Shown in pieces: positions 57,601-64,000 of a stretch of 64,000 nt of DNA. Both the position numbers and the translations under genes were made by a program. Below the pieces are notes generated by a model. The model saw nothing but the letters and a program-made list of their open reading frames with translations, was not told the DNA's origin and searched no databases. The DNA comes from Ostreococcus lucimarinus. Lineage: Eukaryota. Position 1 is the stretch's first letter. Every line of letters starts with the position of its first letter. The stretch is taken from assembly GCA_000092065.1 (NCBI GenBank), contig CP000584.1. The stretch is one strand, 5' to 3'.

Positions 57601-58522
57601 TCGGTTCGACTTGCGGTGGCGGTGGCGGTGGCGGCGGCGGCGGCGGCGACGGCGCTTCCGCGCTCGGCACCTCCCGACGCCGCTCGGGCGTTTCTCTGCG
57701 CTCTTGACGCGACGGCGAATCGACCGCACCGATCGCGCCCGAAAGATCAAACACCAAATCTCTCCCATCGTGCTTGTACCACACCTTGCAATCTTGCGTG
57801 CGAATCAAGCACACGACCGACGCCACGTCACCGTCGCGCGGTTCGACGGCCAGCTCGACGATTTGCTCGCCGCTCCCGTCGTCCCGAAACCCCGACTCGC
57901 ACGACTTCCCATCCGGCGCGCGCGAATTCATCGGCACCGCTCGCAGCGCATCATACGGCGACCACCATTCGCCGCCGGCGCGCGACTGCACCCCCCAGTG
58001 TAGCAACAAGTTCCTCGAATCGCTTCCGCGAGCGTCCACCTCGCTCGTCCGCAGCGTCAGCGTCGCCCCCCCGCCCGCGCGCGCCTTCACCGCGTACGCC
58101 AACCTCGCCGTCGCGCCTTCGCTCGACCGCAGCTCCATCGTTTCCCACGCCTTTCCGTCTCGTCCCTCGCCCGCCCGTCGCGTCGAATCACCGACCGACC
58201 GTTCGCGCGTCGTCGACGCGCCGCCGTCTCGCGCCGCGTTCAAACCGTTCAAACCGTCCGCTCGCCGCACCTCCGCCGCGAGCGCCTCCAGCGTCGCGCG
58301 CGCGTCGTCCGCGCGGAACGGGTCCTTGACGCCGCGCGCGACGCACCCCGCGCGTCCGCGCGCGCCCGTCGTCGCGCCCGTCGTCGTCGTCGCGCGTCGT
58401 CGTCGTCGCGCCAGCGCTGGCGTCGTCGTCGCGTCGCTCGCGCGCGCGCCTCGCGCGTCGCGATGCGCGCGCGCGCCGCCGAGTCGCGCGCGCGCGGGCG
58501 CGGCGCGCGTCGTCGCGCGCAT
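54677..58522 (-). CDS. GWD: Alpha-glucan (or phosphoglucan) water dikinase, GWD/PWD family, with a plastid-transit-peptide-like N-terminus.
   Basis: C-terminal PEP-utilising nucleotide-binding domain ([27 protein letters not shown] ... ICIVQARPQ). Starch-binding-module-like LHWGV...EWW region. ~1281 aa from Met277 of ORF 54677..59350; the alternative Met222 (58687) would overlap the UTP4 ATG. Confidence 0.88.
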   Translation of the reverse strand: [1281 protein letters not shown]

Positions 58523-58685
58523 CGCGCTCGACGCGCGCGCTCGCGCCCGTCGCGCGTCGCGATGTCGCGCCGGCGCGGCCGACGCCACATCGCGACGCGT
58601 CGAGCGCCGACCGACGCGCGCGACGCCGACGCGCGACGGCGCGAACGCGGCGACGCGCGACGCGCGACGCGCTCCTGTCGTCGCC

Positions 58686-61109
58686 ATGCTCGAGCTCCAC
58701 CGCGGGCGCTTCGTGGAGTGGACGCCGAGCGCGGTGACGGCGCTCGCGGTCGCGCCCGGCGGCGCCCTCGTCGCGTGCGCGCGCGAGAGCGGCGCGATCG
58801 AGGCGTACGACGGCGAGTGGCGGTGCGTCGCGCGCGTCCCGGGAAGCGCGGACGCGGCGACGAGCGCGCTGGCGTGGTGCGAGGCGTTCGCGGACGACGA
58901 CGGGGCGACGACGCGGGACGAGGAGGCGGCGGCGGCGGCGACGAAAAAAGAGGAACGACGACGCGAACGACGACGACGAGGAGGCGCGGACGCGCGAAGA
59001 GCGACGCTGCTGAGCGCCTCGCTCGATGGACGCGTTCGGGCGTGGGATCTGGCGACGGGACGGACGACGAGCGAGACGGACAGCCGAGGAGGGGCGATTT
59101 GGGCGATGGAGGCGCAGCCGAGGACGCGGACGAGAAGAGGCGACGCGCAGCTCGTGGCGATCGCGTGCGACGATGGGTGCGCGAGAGTGCTGACGATGGT
59201 GGCGGGGAAAGACGTGGGAAGCGGGTTGGCGCATAAACGGGCGTTTCTGCGAGTGCAGGGTCGATTGCTGAGCCTGGCGTGGCACCCGAGCGAACCGCTG
59301 TTGGCGTGCGGGTCGTCGAGAGGCGCGGCGCACGTCATGGATTGCGTCAATTACAACGAGCTGATGCGCGTGTCGGTGTGTAATATTCCTCACGGGGCGC
59401 ATGGGATACTGAACGCCGGAGATGAGCACTGCGTGTGGGCGCTCAAGTATCTTCCGGACGGGACGCTCGTGACTGGGGATTCGGATGGCGCGGTGACGTT
59501 TTGGGACGGGAAGTTTTCCACCGAGTTGGTGCGATACCAGCAGCACAAGGCTGACGTGCTCGCGCTTGCGACGACTCCGAGTGGGAACAAAGTGTTCGCC
59601 TCGGGTGTGGATTCGCAAGTGGCGGAGTTTGAAAAGCTCGACGAGCACTTGGACAAGGAGGAGGGATACAATCAGTGGACGTACACGACGAGTAAACGAC
59701 CGCACACGCACGACGTGCGCGCGCTCGCCATGCTGACGACGGGCGCGGACGACGAGGACGGTATATTAATTTCGGGTGGTAACGACGCGCAACTCTTAGC
59801 GTACAATGCGGGGTCGTTTAGGAAGCAGCATCCGGTGCGCGTCGTGAGCGTGCCGCAGCGAACGCCGATTTCCATCACGAGCGTTGGGGGACCGAATCCG
59901 CCGCTTCTTCTCGCAGAGCACGCAAAATGGTTAGACATTTGGCGCATTGGTGAAAGTCGCAAGCGCGCGGATAAAAAAGAAGGCACGATGAAGCTCGCTT
60001 CGGCACCGGCGCACGTGTTGCGTGCCGAGCTTGCGGGGACGCGGCACATTTTATGCTCGGCTATTTCACCAAATGGTAAAATGATCGCGGTAAGCGACGT
60101 TCACAGCCTGAGACTGTTCGATATCCAATCACCAAAAGAAGGCGACGACGACTTGACGTGGTCGATTCGTCGTCAAGAACCCCCAGCGGGCGTGACTTCG
60201 GCTCAACTTCTCGCGTTTGCGCCCGATGGAAAGCACCTCACCGCCGTGTCGAATTCGGGCGCCGTGTACGTCATAGACCTCGAGGACTGGGTGGTTTCGA
60301 ACGTCCTCAAGTCGCACTTGCCAAAGCAAAGCGCCGCGGCCGAGGCTCTCGCGGAGGCGGTGCGTCAATCGAGTCAAGGCGTGGAAACGGTTACCGCAAA
60401 CGACATCGCGGTTCCCGTGGTGAGTCACCTGAGAGTGAGTAGCGACAACCAATGGCTCGTTGTCGTCACCGCGCGCGGCGGTGATGAAGCCGAGCGCGCC
60501 GTGGATGGTTTGGCGCCATCCTTCGGTGGCGGTGTTCACGTATACAACTTCGATACGATGAAGCTTCACGTATCTTTACCTCCCCCAAAGACGCACGCGT
60601 TGTGGCCGCCGATTTCGTCCGTCGCGGTGAGCGCCGACGGTGTCTTGGCGCTCGCCGGCCCTTCCAACGCGCTCTTTACGTACGACATCGACAGCGTGAA
60701 ACCGACAAAGTGGAGCGCCGCGCTCGCCGACGCCGGCGTCGACGCTCCAACAGCACTTCGCGAGATGCCCGGCCAGATTTGCGGTTTGAGCTTTGATCCA
60801 AAGTCAAAAAAGTCAGTGTTGCTCGCGCACACGCCCACCGCCATCGCGCGGGTGGATTTGAACGCCAAAATCACCGACGACGCGACTACAACGTCCAAGA
60901 AAAAACGCAGACGCGAGCGCGAGCGTGGGGCTCCCGAAAATTACGCCACAAGCGACGCCCCCGGAGGCGTTCGCGTCGTTAAACTCGACAACCCGTGCTT
61001 GTATTTGGGTTACGCCGGCGTGAACAAGGCACTTTTGATCGAGCGTCCGTGGGCCGACGTACTCAAGTCCTTGGCGCAGCCGTTGTACAGGCATAGATTC
61101 GGCACCTAA
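58686..61109 (+). CDS. UTP4: U3 snoRNP protein UTP4/Cirhin (WD40).
   Basis: N-terminus MLELHRGRFVEWTPSAVTALAVAP...AIEAYDGEW parallels Cirhin MGEFKVHRVRFFNYVPSGIRCVAY...TVEIYNLS. Internal SKRPHTHDVRALAM...ISGGNDAQLLAY parallels TKPFQHHTHDVRTVAH...ISGGTDTHLVF. The C-terminus ends in ...FGT, as in Cirhin. The ORF-track ORF 57774..61109 has a 304-aa junk extension upstream of this Met. Confidence 0.8.
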   Translation: MLELHRGRFVEWTPSAVTALAVAPGGALVACARESGAIEAYDGEWRCVARVPGSADAATSALAWCEAFADDDGATTRDEEAAAAATKKEERRRERRRRGGADARRATLLSASLDGRVRAWDLATGRTTSETDSRGGAIWAMEAQPRTRTRRGDAQLVAIACDDGCARVLTMVAGKDVGSGLAHKRAFLRVQGRLLSLAWHPSEPLLACGSSRGAAHVMDCVNYNELMRVSVCNIPHGAHGILNAGDEHCVWALKYLPDGTLVTGDSDGAVTFWDGKFSTELVRYQQHKADVLALATTPSGNKVFASGVDSQVAEFEKLDEHLDKEEGYNQWTYTTSKRPHTHDVRALAMLTTGADDEDGILISGGNDAQLLAYNAGSFRKQHPVRVVSVPQRTPISITSVGGPNPPLLLAEHAKWLDIWRIGESRKRADKKEGTMKLASAPAHVLRAELAGTRHILCSAISPNGKMIAVSDVHSLRLFDIQSPKEGDDDLTWSIRRQEPPAGVTSAQLLAFAPDGKHLTAVSNSGAVYVIDLEDWVVSNVLKSHLPKQSAAAEALAEAVRQSSQGVETVTANDIAVPVVSHLRVSSDNQWLVVVTARGGDEAERAVDGLAPSFGGGVHVYNFDTMKLHVSLPPPKTHALWPPISSVAVSADGVLALAGPSNALFTYDIDSVKPTKWSAALADAGVDAPTALREMPGQICGLSFDPKSKKSVLLAHTPTAIARVDLNAKITDDATTTSKKKRRRERERGAPENYATSDAPGGVRVVKLDNPCLYLGYAGVNKALLIERPWADVLKSLAQPLYRHRFGT

Positions 61110-61170
61110 TCGGCCCGAAATTGTTCAATACGATGAAGTAGTCTAAAATGATGTCGGTCGATTAAAATTC

Positions 61171-62099
61171 CTATTGTTGCAAACCGAGCAACATGTTCGC
61201 GCCACCGCCCGGCAAGTACATGACGTTGCGGCTTCGCGCGAGCGTCTGCGCAATCTCCTTGCTCGCTTCGATTCGGCGCAGCTCGACGAGCGCTGGGCCG
61301 GCAGCCTTGGTCGCTTGCGAGATCAAACGCGCGGATTCGGATTCACCCTCGGCGCGAATAATCGCAGCCTCTCGCTCTTGCTCGGACCGCTTCACGACGT
61401 AGGCCGCGCGTTCCGCTTCCTGTTGACTCACTTGCTTTGCTTCGATCGCCTTGGTGTACTCGGAGGAGAAGCTCAAGTGCGTCAGCGCGACGTCGTCTAA
61501 GATGATGCCGAAATCAGCCGCTCGCAGTCGCAAAGCCTCGCTGACTCGCTGACTCACCAATTGACGCTGCGTCAGCAACTGATCCGCGTTGAACTGCGCC
61601 ACGGTCGCCTTCAAAACTTCGTTCCCGATCGACGGCAACACCCGATCATCGTAGTCTTGCCCGAGCTCTTGATGAATCTTCGGCAGCTTGTCCACGTCCG
61701 GTCTGCACAGCACCCGCAGCGTCAAGTTCACCTGCTGCAAATCCTTCGTCCCCGTCACCGACGTCAGCGACTTCGCTCGCGTGCGCACGTCGTAAATCGT
61801 CGGGTTCTGAATGAACGGCACCACGAAGTGCGTGCCCTCGCCCGACGTCACCGGAAGCACCCCTCTGAAGCGGTCGAACATGACCGCGCGTTCGCCCCCG
61901 TCCACTGCGTACGATTACGCCCCGCGCGCGCGTCTCGTCAGTCTTCGCGCGCCTTCGCGCCGCGCGGGCGGTCGTATCATTTACGCGCCGCGCGTCAATC
62001 GCCTTCGCGTCGCGTCGCGTCGCGTCGACGACGCGCGCTCGTCGACGATTCGCGTCACCAACCCTCGATCGAGGCGTCGTCGCGTGCGTTCGCCGTCGT

Positions 62100-62132
<33 letters not shown>

Positions 62133-62236
62133 CGTCGCGCACCGTCGTAGATGGCCTGCGACGCCACGGAGGCGCCGACGCCGATCGTCACCGCCGCGCG
62201 GGCGAGATTCGTGAGCGCGTTCGCGGCGGCGCTCAT
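61171..62236 (-). CDS. PHB1: Prohibitin (PHB1-type), two exons: complement(join(61171..61904,62143..62236)).
   Basis: ORF 61171..61905 matches prohibitin from (V)DGGERAVMFDRFRG to the C-terminus. The missing N-terminal membrane anchor (MSAAANALTNLARAAVTIGVGASVASQAIYD) is encoded by an upstream exon in ORF 61646..62275, which ends in a GTGCGCG donor. Splicing recreates ...QAIYD-V-DGGERAV, matching the prohibitin consensus (...ALYNVDAGHRAV). Confidence 0.8.
61905..62142 (-). other. 238-nt intron of the prohibitin gene (phase 1), containing (GCGTC)n pentanucleotide repeats.
   Basis: Donor G|GTGCGCGACGC on the minus strand. Acceptor ...CGTACGCAG|TG GAC. The boundaries come from residue counting in the two ORF-track ORFs and are consistent with the directly read sequence around 62141-62160. 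Confidence 0.7.
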
Positions 62237-62309
62237 GGATTCCGGAGCGACGCGACGCGATGTGACGACGACCACTTCGCGGCGCGTCGCGCGGCGCGCG
62301 CGCGCGCGG

Positions 62310-62486
62310 ATGGGCGAGCGCGCGAGTCAGTGGGAACACCAAGCGCAGTTCGCGGGCGAGCTGTTCGTCGGGACGAGCGCGCTGGTGGGGGGATTCTTGA
62401 CGTTCATGTATTGTCACCTGCGAGCGCAAAAGCGTCGCCGCGACCGCGAGCGGTTGCTGTCGCGACAGCAGGAGGCGTTGTTGTAA
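62310..62486 (+). CDS. Putative 58-aa single-pass membrane protein (hydrophobic core LFVGTSALVGGFLTFMYCHL followed by a basic tail).
   Basis: Internal ATG of ORF 62151..62486, chosen to avoid overlap with prohibitin exon 1. No homology recognised. Could be a spurious GC-rich ORF. Confidence 0.25.
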   Translation: MGERASQWEHQAQFAGELFVGTSALVGGFLTFMYCHLRAQKRRRDRERLLSRQQEALL

Positions 62487-62549
62487 TAGATGAAGAAATT
62501 TGTGTTTGCTTATTAACGCGGCGAATGTTCGGGGACGATCGCGCGTGGA

Positions 62550-64000
62550 TTACTTTTCGCCCTCCTTCTTTTCCTCGGAGACGGTCTCGCCTTCGTACGT
62601 GTTCCCCTCGGATGCGGCGCCCGAGGCGGCACCGCCGGCGTTAAGCGCCTCGCCGATCTTCATCACGGCTTGTTGGAGACCATTGATCGCTTCGCGGAGC
62701 TTGGCGAGGTCTTCGCCCTCGGCCGCGGAGCGCACCTCGGCTTGAGCGTTGGTGATGGCGTCCTTGACGTCTTGCGGCAACTTGTCGCCGTGCTCGCTCA
62801 AGTTCTTATCGGCGCTGTAAACCAACGTATCAGCCTCGTTTCTCACTTCAATGAGTTCCTTTCTCTGCTTGTCGGACTCAGCGTGCGACTCCGCGTCGCG
62901 AACCATTTGCTCGATGTCCGCGTCGGACAAACCGCCAGAGGACTGAATGGTGACCTTTTGTTCCTTATTCGTAGCCTTGTCCTTGGCGCTCACGTTCACG
63001 ATGCCGTTGGCGTCGATGTCGAACGTGACTTCAATTTGCGGGACGCCGCGCGGCGCGGGCGGGATGCCGACGAGGTCGAACTGGCCGAGTGTCTTGTTAT
63101 CCGCCGCCATCTCTCGCTCGCCTTGCAACACCTTGATGCCGACTTGAGTTTGGTTGTCAGCAGCGGTGGAGAACGTTTGACTCTTCTTCGTCGGAATCGT
63201 GGTGTTACGGCTGATCAAGCGCGTGAACACACCACCCAAGGTTTCGATGCCGAGAGAGAGCGGGGTGACGTCCAAGAGCAAAATGTCCTTGACGTCGCCG
63301 CGAAGGACGCCCCCTTGGATGGCGGCGCCCATGGCGACGACTTCATCCGGGTTCACCCCCTTGCTCGGGTCGCGGCCGAAGAGATCTTTGACGATACCTT
63401 GCACCTTGGGCATGCGAGACATACCACCGACGAGCAACACTTCGGAGATTTCACCCGTGCTCACACCCGCATCCTTCAAGCAGTTCTTGCACGGTTGCTT
63501 GGTGCGCTCGAGAAGACTACCCACGAGCTCTTCGAGCTTGGCGCGCGAGAGCGTCATCGCCATGTGCTTCGGGCCCGACGCATCGGCAGTGATGAACGGC
63601 AAGTTGATGTCCGTGCTTTGCGCGGAAGACAACTCAATCTTCGCCTTTTCAGCGGCTTCGCGGAGACGCTGCACGGCGAGCTTGTCTTGCTTGAGGTCGA
63701 TGCCTTGGTCCTTCTTGAAGTTATCAACGAAATGGTCCAACAATACGGTGTCGAAATCTTCCCCACCCAAGAACGTATCACCATTCGTGGCCTTGACTTC
63801 GAACACACCGCCGGAAATCTCGAGGATGGAGACGTCGAAGGTACCGCCACCCAAATCGTAGACGGCGACGAGGCCCTCCTTCTTGTCGACGCCGTACGAA
63901 AGCGCGGCAGCAGTAGGCTCGTTGATGATGCGAAGAACGTCGAGACCGGCAATCTTACCCGCATCCTTCGTCGCCTGTCTTTGAGCATCGTTGAAATACG
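62550..64000 (-). CDS. Mitochondrial-type Hsp70 (DnaK/HSP70-9/mortalin family), 5'-partial - the frame stays open to the window end.
   Basis: [14 protein letters not shown], the substrate-binding domain with [23 protein letters not shown] (organellar DnaK signature), and a C-terminal lid ending EEKKEGEK. Translating 63855-64000 on the minus strand continues as ...[39 protein letters not shown]. Confidence 0.95.
   Translation of the reverse strand, partial: YFNDAQRQATKDAGKIAGLDVLRIINEPTAAALSYGVDKKEGLVAVYDLGGGTFDVSILEISGGVFEVKATNGDTFLGGEDFDTVLLDHFVDNFKKDQGIDLKQDKLAVQRLREAAEKAKIELSSAQSTDINLPFITADASGPKHMAMTLSRAKLEELVGSLLERTKQPCKNCLKDAGVSTGEISEVLLVGGMSRMPKVQGIVKDLFGRDPSKGVNPDEVVAMGAAIQGGVLRGDVKDILLLDVTPLSLGIETLGGVFTRLISRNTTIPTKKSQTFSTAADNQTQVGIKVLQGEREMAADNKTLGQFDLVGIPPAPRGVPQIEVTFDIDANGIVNVSAKDKATNKEQKVTIQSSGGLSDADIEQMVRDAESHAESDKQRKELIEVRNEADTLVYSADKNLSEHGDKLPQDVKDAITNAQAEVRSAAEGEDLAKLREAINGLQQAVMKIGEALNAGGAASGAASEGNTYEGETVSEEKKEGEK

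Noticed and set aside
58685-58688. GWD initiating at Met222, i.e. start codons of GWD and UTP4 literally overlapping in CATG.
   Set aside because: More parsimonious that GWD starts at the next Met (58522), giving a 163-bp shared promoter. Kept as a finding because it is checkable.
58188-59711. 507-aa minus-strand ORF and the 304-aa N-terminal extension of ORF 57774..61109.
   Set aside because: Arg-rich run-ons. The UTP4 homology begins at Met305 (58686) and the GWD homology and presequence begin at or after Met222/277.
62151-62309. Longer version of the small TM ORF starting at Met29 (62235), overlapping the prohibitin ATG in another CATG.
   Set aside because: It would overlap prohibitin exon 1 head-on. 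The shorter 58-aa version is kept, with low confidence.
1-64000. Prokaryotic operon or defence-island interpretation of the window, including treating GTG/TTG ORF-track starts as real.
   Set aside because: Gene families are eukaryotic (PIG-U, UTP4, POP5, TBCA, LZIC, VPS72, PP2A, MAP2K). GT-AG introns with branch points are present. There are no Shine-Dalgarno-type contexts. Alternating-strand single genes with TGTAA 3' motifs fit a compact algal nuclear genome.

Overview
This window is eukaryotic nuclear DNA, not a prokaryotic island. Most of it looks about 65-72% GC by eye, with almost exclusively G/C third codon positions and many GC-rich microsatellites ((GAC)n, (GCGGGC)n, (GAAGAC)n, CCN tracts). 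It is very gene-dense: I call about 41 protein-coding genes in 64 kb, on alternating strands, with spacers often under 150 bp. Most genes are single-exon. At least four short spliceosomal introns (82-238 bp) are needed to recover full-length conserved proteins (TBCA, LZIC, prohibitin, a TPR/beta-helix protein). They share a stereotyped GTGCG(C/T) donor, a CTRAC branch point and a GACGCAG-type acceptor.

The gene content fits a compact green-algal genome, prasinophyte/Mamiellophyceae-like (Micromonas-type). It includes starch branching enzyme, alpha-glucan water dikinase, plastid-type glycerol-3-phosphate dehydrogenase, H+-pyrophosphatase, HIR/band-7, PP2A catalytic subunit, mitochondrial Hsp70, prohibitin, UTP4, POP5, NAT9, NUDCD2, PIG-U, a CTR copper transporter and ornithine decarboxylase. 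TGTAA motifs sit just downstream of several stop codons, as expected for green-algal poly(A) signals. The taxon call is inference only.

I found no rRNA, tRNA, CRISPR array, transposon or prokaryote-type defence system. I therefore cannot point to a single exciting novel system. The most unusual things are:
- a 7.4-kb single-exon ORF, still open at the window start, for a giant membrane protein with extensin-like tracts and an EF-hand, at lower GC than its neighbours;
- a 61-bp perfect AT-rich palindrome made of back-to-back TATAAAAAG boxes, centred in a divergent promoter;
- a 127-bp tandem duplication in another divergent promoter;
- head-to-head start codons sharing a CATG (GWD and UTP4);
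- convergent gene pairs whose stop codons are only 26-115 bp apart, so their 3' UTRs must overlap.

Caveats. The ORF track contains many long antisense shadow ORFs (R/A/G-rich) that I reject. My own re-indexing of the raw sequence lines can drift by a few nucleotides, so internal coordinates (start codons, exon edges) were derived by residue counting from ORF-track anchors. Family names come from remembered motif and alignment similarity, not a database search.
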